Assembly: GCA_043820925.1 (NCBI GenBank)
Contig: JBDRDL010000002.1
Location: forward strand, 1 to 38,232
Length of the DNA: 38,232 nt
Direction of reading: 5' to 3'
Source of the DNA: Methanobacteriota archaeon
GTDB lineage: Archaea; Hydrothermarchaeota; Hydrothermarchaeia; Hydrothermarchaeales; JACRDW01
A program made the position numbers and the translations under genes. A model generated the notes under the pieces. It made no database searches. It saw only the letters and a program-made list of their open reading frames with translations, and was not told the origin of the DNA. Shown piece after piece: positions 29,221 to 38,232 of the stretch (its first letter is position 1; each line of letters begins with the position of its first letter).

Positions 29221-31833
29221 ATGGAAGATTGGTATAGCTTAAAGGTCGAAGAGGTATTTGGAAGACTTGAAACTTCGCCCCTGGGTTTGAGCGGCATCGA
29301 GGCAAAGGAAAAGCTGAAAAAATTCGGGTACAATGAGCTGAAAGAAGCTAAAAAAATTTCTCCTTTTGAAATATTCGTGGCGCAGTTCAAGAACGTGCTT
29401 ATACTTATTCTTTTGGCTGCTGTAGCTATTTCCGTTGCGATAGGCGAGGCTGCGGATGCGGCGGTGATTTTTATAATAGTTTTCTTCGCAGCAGTGCTCG
29501 GCTTTGTGCAGGAGTATAAAGCAGAAAGGGCGATGGAGGCTTTAAAAAAGCTTGCCGCACCTACTGCGAGGGTTCTTCGAGGCGGCTGGGAGGCAGGGAT
29601 ACCTGCGAGAGAGGTCGTGCCGGGTGATGTGGTGCTGCTCAGAATGGGCGACAAAATACCTGCCGATGTGCGGCTCATCGAGGCTGTGAATCTAAAGGTC
29701 GAGGAGTCTGCGCTTACTGGCGAGTCGGTTGCTGTGGAAAAAGTCACGCATGCGATTGCAGCAGGAGCAGTGCTCGGAGACAGGAAGAACATGGTCTACA
29801 TGGGCACTTCAGTGGCTTACGGCAGGGGAAAAGGCATCGCAGTGGCTACCGGCATGAAAACAGAGTTCGGAAAAATCGCCAGCATGCTCCAGGAAGTTGA
29901 AGAAAGAAGGACGCCGCTTCAGGAGAATCTTGACAGACTTGGGAAAACTCTTGTCAATATTGCTCTTGCTGTGGTTGCGATAATTGTTGCTCTCGGAATT
30001 ATGCGGGGCGAGGAAATTCTAACCATGTTTATATGGGGTGTTGCTCTTGCTGTGGCTGTTGTTCCGGAAGCACTTCCCGCAGTTGTAACAATTTCCCTTG
30101 CCGTAGGCGTGCAGAGGATGGTGAAGCGCAATGCGCTGATAAGAAAACTTCCTGCCGTGGAAACTCTCGGCAGTACGAGCGTTATCTGCTCAGATAAAAC
30201 AGGCACGCTGACGCAGGACAAAATGACAGTGCGCAGGATATATGTGGACGACAGAAAAATCGAAGTCGAGGGAAAGCCAGTCAAGCCTGACGAGCACCTT
30301 ACAATGCTGCTGCGAATCGCTGCGCTGTGCAACGATGCAAAGCTGCTGGAAAACGAAATCAGGGGAGACCCGACTGAAGGAGCGCTGCTCGTTGCTGCTG
30401 CAAAGGGAGGTATATTCCAAGAGGAGGAAAATTTAAGATTTCCAAGAGTGGACGAGATTCCCTTCACGTCCGAGAGAAAGAGGATGACCACCCTGCATGG
30501 AAAAGTTGCATACTCAAAGGGCGCTCCTGAAGTTATCCTGAATTCCTGCAATCGCATTTACAGGGACGGCGAGGAAAAAAGGTTAACCGAGAGCGAGAGG
30601 GAGAAAATTCTGGAGGTAGCTAGGGACATGGCTGGCAAGGCGCTGCGTGTTTTGGGCTTCGCATATAAACTTCGCGACGGAGATGCTGAGAGCGGCATGG
30701 TCTTTGTTGGCTTAGCGGGCATGATTGACCCGCCGAGGGAAGAGGTGAAGGGGGCGATTGAAAAGTGCAGAAATGCAGGCATAAAATCTGTGATGATTAC
30801 GGGTGACCACAAGTTCACTGCACTTGCTATCGCAAATGAACTGGGATTGCTGGAGAAAGGTCTTGCGCTCGACGGCGCAGAGTTTGACAAGCTCGGCGAG
30901 GAAGAATTTGAAAGAATAGCAGAGGACGTGGAAGTCTATGCCAGAGTTTCACCGGAGCATAAGCTGCGGGTGGTAGATGCACTAAGCAAAAAAGGGCACA
31001 TTGTTGCAATGACTGGGGACGGAATAAATGACGCACCTGCGCTTAAAAAAGCAGACGTAGGCATTGCGATGGGAATCACAGGCACAGACGTTACGAAGGA
31101 AGCGGCAGATATGGTGCTGCTGGACGACAACTTTGCGAGCATAGTTGCAGCGGTCGAGGAGGGCAGAGTGGTATTCGAAAATATAAAGAAATATCTCATG
31201 TACCTGCTTTCCTCAAACCTGGGCGAGGTTTTGCTAATGTCAGCGGCAATTCTTGCAGGATTGCCGCTGCCCCTAATCGCCATTCAAATACTCTATGTGA
31301 ACATCGCCACAGACGGCCTGCCTGCGATTGCCCTCTCAGTTGACCCGCCAGAGCCTGATATAATGCGGCGCCCTCCCAGAAATCCCAGGCAGGGCATCTT
31401 TACCCGCCACGTAGTCGGTCTGATAGGCGTAGGCGGTGTGTGGTCAGCTTCGGTAAATCTCGGCATCTTCCTCTGGGCACTGAACTCTGGGAGGAGCCTA
31501 ATCGAAGCGCAGTGCATGGTCTTCGTCACTCTCATCATTATCCAGTTCTTCAAGGCATTCAACTACCGCTCAGACAGGCTTTCGATATTCAAAATAGGTC
31601 TGTTTACAAATAGATGGCTCACAGCAGCGATAGTTTGGGAGTGCATAATTCTTTTGCTGGTAGTTTATCTTCCATTCCTTCAGGCGCCCTTCAACACATA
31701 CAGCCTTAGCATTGCAGACTGGATAATTGCAATATTCGCAGCGCTGACGATTTTCCCTGTGCTGGAAACAGCAAAGTTTGCGGCGGGGCGCAGCTGGTCT
31801 ATAAGACCATCGTCCCTATCCCCTCATCCGTGA
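29221..31833 (+). CDS. Cation-transporting P-type ATPase (type IIA, Ca2+-like)
   Basis: TGES, PEALP, DKTGTLT, KGAPE, TGD, GDGINDAP. Confidence 0.95.
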   Translation: MEDWYSLKVEEVFGRLETSPLGLSGIEAKEKLKKFGYNELKEAKKISPFEIFVAQFKNVLILILLAAVAISVAIGEAADAAVIFIIVFFAAVLGFVQEYKAERAMEALKKLAAPTARVLRGGWEAGIPAREVVPGDVVLLRMGDKIPADVRLIEAVNLKVEESALTGESVAVEKVTHAIAAGAVLGDRKNMVYMGTSVAYGRGKGIAVATGMKTEFGKIASMLQEVEERRTPLQENLDRLGKTLVNIALAVVAIIVALGIMRGEEILTMFIWGVALAVAVVPEALPAVVTISLAVGVQRMVKRNALIRKLPAVETLGSTSVICSDKTGTLTQDKMTVRRIYVDDRKIEVEGKPVKPDEHLTMLLRIAALCNDAKLLENEIRGDPTEGALLVAAAKGGIFQEEENLRFPRVDEIPFTSERKRMTTLHGKVAYSKGAPEVILNSCNRIYRDGEEKRLTESEREKILEVARDMAGKALRVLGFAYKLRDGDAESGMVFVGLAGMIDPPREEVKGAIEKCRNAGIKSVMITGDHKFTALAIANELGLLEKGLALDGAEFDKLGEEEFERIAEDVEVYARVSPEHKLRVVDALSKKGHIVAMTGDGINDAPALKKADVGIAMGITGTDVTKEAADMVLLDDNFASIVAAVEEGRVVFENIKKYLMYLLSSNLGEVLLMSAAILAGLPLPLIAIQILYVNIATDGLPAIALSVDPPEPDIMRRPPRNPRQGIFTRHVVGLIGVGGVWSASVNLGIFLWALNSGRSLIEAQCMVFVTLIIIQFFKAFNYRSDRLSIFKIGLFTNRWLTAAIVWECIILLLVVYLPFLQAPFNTYSLSIADWIIAIFAALTIFPVLETAKFAAGRSWSIRPSSLSPHP

Positions 31834-32677
31834 AGAGTTCGAGAAGAATTGCATGCTTTATGCGCCCGTCTATGATGTGCGCTTTTTCAACGCCGCTCTC
31901 GATTGCCTTTGCACATGCCTTTATCTTCGGAATCATCGAGCCTTTTAATATTTCTTTTTTCAGCAGTTTGTTTGCCTGAGAAATTTTTAGTTCTCTTATT
32001 ATACTTTTTTCGTTTTTTAAATCCTTCATCACGCCCGGCACATCGGTAAGGATTATCAGCTTCTTCGCTTTCAGCGCTGCTGCGATGTCGCCCGCAACGG
32101 TGTCTGCGTTTAGATTCAAACTTTTGCCTTCACTGCTCAAGCCGATTGGAGCGATGACCGGAATGTATCCCTGCGATGTCAGCGTCTCTATTATCTCAGG
32201 ATTTATTTTTCTAATCTCCCCAACCAAGCCGAGGTCAACTTTTTTAGTAATGCCGCCTGCGACTATTTTTTGAGGTGCTTTTTTATGCGCCATTATCAGC
32301 CTGCCGTCCTTGCCGGAAAGACCCACCGCCCTGCAGCCGAGGGCATTTATTCTGGAAACTATGTCTGTGTTTATCTTGCCCACGAGAACCATCTTCACGA
32401 TTTCAAGCGTTTCCTCGTCAGTAACTCGCAATCCTTCTATGAACTCAGGCTTCTTGCCCATCTTCTCCATCGCCTTGCTTATCTCAGGTCCGCCGCCGTG
32501 CACCACGACAGGCTTCATTCCTATGTAGCGGAGCAGGATGGTATCTTTTATCGTCCACTCCTTTGCTTCCTCGTCCAGCATTGCATGCCCGCCGTACTTA
32601 ATCACGACGTAGCTGCCCTGGAACTCCTCGATGTAAGGCAAGGCTTCTGCTAAAACTTCCGCTCTGGTTGCGGTCAT
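31799..32677 (-). CDS. argB: Acetylglutamate kinase
   Basis: VIKYGGHAM, HGGGP, GLRVTD, NLNAD, GSMIPK, ELFTDEGIGT. Confidence 0.96.
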   Translation of the reverse strand: MTATRAEVLAEALPYIEEFQGSYVVIKYGGHAMLDEEAKEWTIKDTILLRYIGMKPVVVHGGGPEISKAMEKMGKKPEFIEGLRVTDEETLEIVKMVLVGKINTDIVSRINALGCRAVGLSGKDGRLIMAHKKAPQKIVAGGITKKVDLGLVGEIRKINPEIIETLTSQGYIPVIAPIGLSSEGKSLNLNADTVAGDIAAALKAKKLIILTDVPGVMKDLKNEKSIIRELKISQANKLLKKEILKGSMIPKIKACAKAIESGVEKAHIIDGRIKHAILLELFTDEGIGTMVL

Positions 32678-32804
32678 TTAAATCACACTTTTAATTAGGG
32701 CAACTGGCTTAAAAAGGTTGCTCACTTGGGGGCTTTGCTTAAACAAATAGGTTTTACACGTTAATAAACAAACTTAAATATAATGATTTTCACTACATTA
32801 TATA

Positions 32805-33059
32805 GTGAAAAGAATGTACAATATTGAAACCTGCGAGCTCTCTGCAAGCAAGCACTTCAAAAACACCTGGATGAAAAAATGGAACTGGGATTACATAGAC
32901 CTGCGAGATGCGATAAAAAATGCATATAAGATTGACAAGGTTGGAAAGAAAAAATATGAAGCGTATGTTAAAGGTAAAGAAGGCTCAAGGAAAATAATAT
33001 TTGTTTATTATGAAGAATTCGAAACCATATTTGTAATAACAGGAGCTGAAGGAACATGA
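32805..33059 (+). CDS. Putative RelE/BrnT-fold toxin (DUF4258-like)
   Basis: Small basic ORF, SKHF...IFVIT pattern, ATGA overlap with a zinc-ribbon antitoxin. Confidence 0.6.
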   Translation: MKRMYNIETCELSASKHFKNTWMKKWNWDYIDLRDAIKNAYKIDKVGKKKYEAYVKGKEGSRKIIFVYYEEFETIFVITGAEGT

Positions 33060-33397
33060 AAGAAAAAAAATGCCCTGCATGCGAGAAAGGAAAATTAGTT
33101 CCAGTAGATGACATTGTGTCAGAAATAGAAGGATACGTGTTTGTTGAAAAGGGAGAGCGCTGCACTCACTGCGGGGAGGAGTTCATAAACGAAAAGGAAG
33201 GGCAAAAAATGATAAACTTGGCAAAAAAACTCGGAGTGTGGGGCGAGCCCCTCAAGCTCTATAGGAAGCTATCAAAGAGCGCCAGAGGAACGGTTTTGAG
33301 GATTCCAAGTGATATAGAAAAAAATCTCGGTATAAAGGGCGGCGAAGAAGTCGCAATTTCCAAGATTGGAAGAAAGATAATAATTGAAGTGGTTTAG
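33056..33397 (+). CDS. YgiT/MqsA-type zinc ribbon + AbrB-domain antitoxin
   Basis: CPACEKG...CTHCGEEF, RKLSKSARGTVLRIPSDIEKNLGIKGGEEV. Confidence 0.8.
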   Translation: MKEKKCPACEKGKLVPVDDIVSEIEGYVFVEKGERCTHCGEEFINEKEGQKMINLAKKLGVWGEPLKLYRKLSKSARGTVLRIPSDIEKNLGIKGGEEVAISKIGRKIIIEVV

Positions 33398-33591
33398 AAA
33401 TCGCATCGATATAAATGGAATCGTTACCTTTGCGCAAAGAGAAAATAAGAGAAAGGCTTTTAAGGTTGAGATGGTGTTTGGAGAAGAGATTTTACGCTTC
33501 AACTTCTTCAAACCTTAATAAAGTCTTTCCGCAAACCTGTTGACCGAAAACCTGCCTGTATTCAGGGAGCGTTAAAGCTGCCCTTAAAGTT

Positions 33592-34075
33592 ATGATTGAA
33601 ATAATCGAACCTTATCCTGCGATTTACATTCCTGAAATTGATGCGATAGCTATAGCAGACCTGCATCTCGGCTACGAGGGAATAATGGCTGAGCAGGGTA
33701 TGCTCATTCCCAAGGTGCAGTTCAAAAAAGAAATCGGGATGCTGAGAAAAATAATTGAAAAAAAGCAGGCGGAGCGCATAATAATAAACGGGGACGTGAA
33801 GCACGAATTTTCTGAGACGAGCTATCACGAGTTCAAAGAAGTAAGCGACCTGCTGGAGTTTTTGGAGAAAAATTTTGAGGAAGTCATAGTAATAAAGGGA
33901 AACCATGATAACTTCATTGCCAGAGTCACTAAGCGAGTTGCATGACGAGAAGCAAAGCATGTTATAATAGCTCACGAGCATCCTGCAATTGCACTTTTCG
34001 ATGAAATCGGCGCAAAAGAAAAAATGGACTGCTTTTTATTTGGGGAAATAGTTGAGGAGAATTTAATTATCTTCT
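33592..34075 (+). pseudogene. Metallophosphoesterase (COG1407-like), disrupted
   Basis: ADLHLGYE, NGDVKH, GNHD, stop at 33943-33945, then HEHPAI...CFLFG; the GH motif region and C-terminus appear to be missing. Confidence 0.75.
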
Positions 34076-34264
34076 CTCACGCTTCTTTTCTGCAATCATG
34101 CTCCCTCGAAACGTTTTCCCGCACGGACAGGAAACAACTTCGTAGGTAGTTCTTGTGCCATGAAAAAAAGTTGTTGTTTTTCCGACGACCATCTCGGCGG
34201 TGTGCGGTTTTCCGCAAGAAGGGCAGCGAGCACCTTCTTTCGGCTTAGCAAGAGCCATACTCAT
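34067..34264 (-). CDS. Small CPxCG zinc-finger protein
   Basis: CPSCGK...CPCGKTF, GGCGGA RBS-like sequence upstream. Confidence 0.65.
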   Translation of the reverse strand: MSMALAKPKEGARCPSCGKPHTAEMVVGKTTTFFHGTRTTYEVVSCPCGKTFRGSMIAEKKRERR

Positions 34265-34376
34265 TCCGCCTTTTCTGCAAAATAATCACGACTCTTTAAA
34301 TCATTCCATCCCATACTTTCAACTCCTAAAAGAAATCAAAACAAGTTTGAAGCTTCTTTCACAGGCGTGCAAAATA

Positions 34377-35615
34377 TTAATGAGTATAAATATTGTTGTA
34401 CTTACGTTTCGCATAAATTGCAAGAAGTAAAATCCCAATTGCAGCGAGATAGATGAATTTCTTATTGTAGCATGTGCCGCTCCAGTCGCACTCGAAAACT
34501 TCTGCGAAGTACTGCGCAGGCTCACCGTGGATTATAACTCCAATTTCTCTGTTCTTCGTTGGTGAGTGCTCGTTCCAGTTTATGCTCGAAATCAGGACAA
34601 CTTTTTTGTCTACAACAACGCCTTTTGTATGGATTTTCTCCAAGCCGAGTTTTTTTGAATCTGCAAGTTTCACTTGCAAATTCAGGCTTTCTTTTTTGGC
34701 AACGTCCTGCACATATTTCAAAGTATTGTAGTTGCTGACAGGGTCTTCAGCTTCAATATTGTACCAAGTGCTGTCCAGAAGAATTTTTACCTCTGCGCCG
34801 CGGCGGGCTGCATTTATCGCTGCCTCAAGGAACAGGTTTGGCGCAGTCTCCGGAGTGTCTTTTTTTATTGAGCCCCAGTGTCTGTAAATGTAAAACTGCT
34901 CGATATATATCGACTTATTTGCCGAGTTGAGCAGGACTACTATTTTTTCTACAGCGTTCTCAGGAGCTACAACAGGCATAACAAAAAAATTTCCCTTAAA
35001 ATTTTTTGCCCCGAATTTTGAAGAATATTTTCCCTTCGGATTTTTATACGCAGCAGTCGCAGGAAGCGGCGAGGCTTTTTCAACGTATTGCAAATCCTCA
35101 AAAAATATATTTAGGAAGTAGTGAGTCAGAGGCGCATCATGTATCACAGCTCCCCAGCCTCTGGCTCCGAAGGAGTTGTCTGCCGAAAATCCTGAATAGC
35201 CGAAGTTTTCTGTGGTTATTAGAATCGAGACGTTATCTGCAATTACGTACTTGGCGTGGTTGTATCTCACTTTCTTGTCATCGCTGTAGTAGACAGGCAC
35301 GCCATTGCTGAGCAGGTAGCTTATTACTACTTTCTCTTCTCCAGATATGCCTGCCACTGGAGATTTGTCCACCATTATTATTACGTCCACGCCTTTAGTT
35401 TTCGCATTAACTATGCGCTCTGCAATCAGGGGACTGTCGAAGGTGTAAACGTTTACATAGAGCGATGCCTTTGCATTGTCTATAAAATCGACCAGTGCCG
35501 AGTAGCTGCTGTCAGGAGAAACGAAGGCAGTTATCTCGCTTACATAGAAATCTGCAGCATACGTGATTCCGAGCGATATTTGAAGAAAGAGAATTGCTAA
35601 CGCAAGCTTTTTCAT
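34377..35615 (-). CDS. Secreted, membrane-anchored phospholipase D-family protein
   Basis: Signal peptide, HAKYVIAD and HTKGVVVD HKD motifs, C-terminal TM helix. Confidence 0.88.
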   Translation of the reverse strand: MKKLALAILFLQISLGITYAADFYVSEITAFVSPDSSYSALVDFIDNAKASLYVNVYTFDSPLIAERIVNAKTKGVDVIIMVDKSPVAGISGEEKVVISYLLSNGVPVYYSDDKKVRYNHAKYVIADNVSILITTENFGYSGFSADNSFGARGWGAVIHDAPLTHYFLNIFFEDLQYVEKASPLPATAAYKNPKGKYSSKFGAKNFKGNFFVMPVVAPENAVEKIVVLLNSANKSIYIEQFYIYRHWGSIKKDTPETAPNLFLEAAINAARRGAEVKILLDSTWYNIEAEDPVSNYNTLKYVQDVAKKESLNLQVKLADSKKLGLEKIHTKGVVVDKKVVLISSINWNEHSPTKNREIGVIIHGEPAQYFAEVFECDWSGTCYNKKFIYLAAIGILLLAIYAKRKYNNIYTH

Positions 35616-35692
35616 GCCTTTAAATTTGAAACATCCTTATATATAAGTTTGAAAGAAAATAGTGAATCGTAGCAAATTTGCAGGGTCGAAAA

Positions 35693-36733
35693 ATGAAAGT
35701 AGCAGTTCTTGGAGCAACCGGAATGGTCGGTCAGAGGTTCATAGAGAGGCTGGCAAATCATCCTTTCTTCGAGCTTTCTGACTTGGCAGCTTCGTCCAGG
35801 TCCGCTGGAAAGAAATACGGCGAGGCAGCAAAGTGGGTATTAGGCAGCGCCATGCCGGAAAAAGTAAAAGGCGCCGTAATCAAAGAAGTTGACCCGAAAA
35901 AAATTAAAGCAGAAATTGTCTTTTCTGCGCTGCCTTCGGAGATAGCCAGGGAAGTCGAGCCGAAGTTTGCAAGAGAGGGCTTCATAGTAGCCTCCAATGC
36001 TTCTGCATATAGAATGGAAAAAGATGTGCCGATAATGGTGCCTGAAATAAACCCGGAGCATTTAGACCTGTTGGAAGTCCAGAAGGAAAACAGGCGTTGG
36101 GACGGCTGCATATTCACAGACCCGAACTGCACGATTGCAACAGCGATATTGTCTCTCAAACCGATATACGACAAATTCGGAATCAAAAGCGTATTTATAG
36201 CCACGATGCAGGCAGTCTCTGGGGCAGGCTACACAGGAGTGCCCTCGATGGCAATAACTGAAAACGTAATACCGTTCATTAAAAATGAGGAAAAGAAAGT
36301 GGAGACAGAAGGGCTGAAGATACTTGGCAAATTCGACGGCGAGAAAATACTGCCAGCGAATTTCAGGGTTTCTGCTTCTTGCAACAGAGTTCCTGTGATT
36401 GACGGACACACCGAATCGATTTTTGTGGAGACGAAAAAAAAGTGCAGCATCGAGGAAGTAAAAAAAGTTATGAAAAATTTCGGGGGCTTGCCCCAGAAGT
36501 TGAAACTGCCCACCGCTCCCGAGAATCCGATAATAGTTAAAGAGGAAGAAGACCGCCCCCAGCCCAGGCTGGACAGATACAACCAGAATGGAATGGCTGT
36601 TACCGTAGGCAGAATCAGAGAAGACCCGATACTGGATTTCAAGTACACCGTACTGGGTCACAATACGATTAGGGGAGCAGCAGGAAATTCTGTGCTGAGC
36701 GCAGAGCTTTTGGTGAAAACTAAAAAAATATGA
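35693..36733 (+). CDS. asd: Aspartate-semialdehyde dehydrogenase
   Basis: [39 protein letters not shown]. Confidence 0.96.
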   Translation: MKVAVLGATGMVGQRFIERLANHPFFELSDLAASSRSAGKKYGEAAKWVLGSAMPEKVKGAVIKEVDPKKIKAEIVFSALPSEIAREVEPKFAREGFIVASNASAYRMEKDVPIMVPEINPEHLDLLEVQKENRRWDGCIFTDPNCTIATAILSLKPIYDKFGIKSVFIATMQAVSGAGYTGVPSMAITENVIPFIKNEEKKVETEGLKILGKFDGEKILPANFRVSASCNRVPVIDGHTESIFVETKKKCSIEEVKKVMKNFGGLPQKLKLPTAPENPIIVKEEEDRPQPRLDRYNQNGMAVTVGRIREDPILDFKYTVLGHNTIRGAAGNSVLSAELLVKTKKI

Positions 36734-37689
36734 GCGAAAATTCCACTCTCGGCATTGACCATGGAACGCAGGCAGTTAGATTCTGCATCTTGCCAGAACG
36801 CATTTTTTTTGAGATAGACAGGAAGAAGCTGCTTAAAGTTCCAGTACTGGATGAAATCAAAAAGCATTTTCCTTTGGAAAAAATCAAGCTAGTGGGCTTG
36901 ACTTATTCCATGGGCGATGGAATAAATAAAATCACAGACATCCGAAAAGTAAAAAATCGGGGCGTGCAGGAAGAAAAAACCGGAGAATACATAGGCGGCG
37001 GAACCAGGGTTTTCGACGAGATTGCTGCATCCAGGTTGAGAGCTGTTGTAATTCCTGGCTTGCACCGTGGCATAGAGATTCTTGACCCGAGATTCAGGGC
37101 GCTGTACTCGCACTGCGCAAGTGCAGAAAAAGTCAGCCTGAGCCATCACTGCTATTTGGAAGTCAACAAAAAAATAAGTGTGCAGAATTTGATAATATCT
37201 GATATAAGCTCGAACACGGTTACGATTGGGATAAGAGAGGGAAAATTCTTCGGGGCAATCGATGCCTGCTTGGGTGCAGTTGGACTTCTGCACGGTCCCT
37301 TGGATCTAGAAGCAATTAGAAAAACAGACGCAGGAAAAACAAGCGCAAACGAAGCTTTTTACTCTTCCGGGGCAGCGAAGATTTATAAAAATCCAGAGGG
37401 GATTCTGAATCCGAAAAACAGCAAAGCGAGACTCGCCCTTGAATCACTCATTCTCAGCGCAAAAATGGAGATATCCAGCTTCTTGGGCGAGATTGAGCCA
37501 GAGGCAATCGTGATTACCGGCAGCGCAGGAGTGCACAAAAATGTTTTTGCCAGGCTGAAAAAATCCTTAGAAAAAATTGCTCCAGTTTTCAAAATCAACG
37601 GCTATGCGGCAGCTATTGGAAGTGCAGAAATAGCAAGAGATATACTGCTTGGAAAGAGAGAATTTCTGGGAATAGAATCGAATTTATGA
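36730..37689 (+). CDS. Methanogenesis marker 12 (UPF0285) family protein
   Basis: [46 protein letters not shown]. Confidence 0.85.
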   Translation: MSENSTLGIDHGTQAVRFCILPERIFFEIDRKKLLKVPVLDEIKKHFPLEKIKLVGLTYSMGDGINKITDIRKVKNRGVQEEKTGEYIGGGTRVFDEIAASRLRAVVIPGLHRGIEILDPRFRALYSHCASAEKVSLSHHCYLEVNKKISVQNLIISDISSNTVTIGIREGKFFGAIDACLGAVGLLHGPLDLEAIRKTDAGKTSANEAFYSSGAAKIYKNPEGILNPKNSKARLALESLILSAKMEISSFLGEIEPEAIVITGSAGVHKNVFARLKKSLEKIAPVFKINGYAAAIGSAEIARDILLGKREFLGIESNL

Positions 37690-37734
37690 AAATCTTTAAT
37701 AGCAATGAAGGCTTTCTTATATCTGGTGTAATAA

Positions 37735-38232
37735 TTGAGGAGAAGAGATTTTCTCAGGGAGCCGATAAGGCACCTTGATTTGGATAGAATTGAGAGCATT
37801 GGAGAGCTCGTGGAATCTTTCAGGTATACTTCTTTCCAGAGCAGGAATTTAGCCAGATGTTTGGATGTTTATCGAAACATGCTTGAGAGCAGGAGGAGGG
37901 TTACTGTTTTTCTCGGCTTGAGTGGAGCAATGACGCCTGGGGGAATGCGAAAAATAATAAGGGATATGATCGAGCAAAACTTAGTTGATGTTATCGTTTC
38001 TACCGGAGCTAATTTGTACCACGATTTGGCAGAGGCTTTTGGTTCTGTTCACTTCCTCGGTTCTCCGCTCGCAGATGACCTTGAGTTGAAAAAGCTCGAT
38101 ATAGACCGCATTTACGACACTTTTGCGGACGAGAAAAAATTTAAGGCCCTTGGCTCCTTCTTTGCAGAATTTTTGGATTCGCTGGAGCCGAGAGCTTACT
38201 CGTCGAGGGAGTTCTTGGAGCTTTTGGGGAGA
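37735..38232 (+). CDS. Deoxyhypusine synthase-family protein, runs off the window edge
   Basis: Manual translation from TTG: FQSRNLA, FLGLSGAM, VDVIVSTGANLYHD, IDRIYD. Confidence 0.88.
   Translation, partial: MRRRDFLREPIRHLDLDRIESIGELVESFRYTSFQSRNLARCLDVYRNMLESRRRVTVFLGLSGAMTPGGMRKIIRDMIEQNLVDVIVSTGANLYHDLAEAFGSVHFLGSPLADDLELKKLDIDRIYDTFADEKKFKALGSFFAEFLDSLEPRAYSSREFLELLGR

Noticed and set aside
33431..33442. Perfect 12-bp palindrome CTTTGCGCAAAG downstream of the TA pair
   Set aside because: Single short occurrence, compatible with chance
33943..33945. In-frame TGA as selenocysteine
   Set aside because: Not at a Cys-like position; flanking sequence indicates deletions; no SECIS recognised

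Overview
Archaeal chromosomal segment. SepCysS, methanogenesis marker 12, FwdF/FwdG-like ferredoxins, ThiDN, AglB and an intron-containing tRNA point to a methanogen-related euryarchaeote (inference; Hydrothermarchaeota-like is a guess). Positions 1-9.6 kb are the aglB-proximal end of a glycosylation locus interleaved with PIN/AbrB toxin-antitoxin pairs, two COG1373 ATPases and short gene remnants. Several of these cassettes sit next to duplicated or truncated 5' ends of glycosylation genes. The rest is mostly housekeeping: rlmE, thiDN, larE-like, nth, Fe-S proteins, iscS/iscU, a thrC-like/SAMP/E1/SepCysS operon, tRNA-Cys, argS, tRNA-Gly, P-type ATPase, argB, asd and a DHS-family gene. The most striking signal is a family of modular, nested palindromic repeats. 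An 18-bp-arm imperfect palindrome occurs four times. Two copies are inserted in frame inside conserved enzymes (ThiDN, ArgRS) and add the same SDRKLAR...IFLxE peptide. The other two lie in larger intergenic hairpin elements, and a third such element shows the empty insertion site with no target duplication. No transposase gene was seen in the window.
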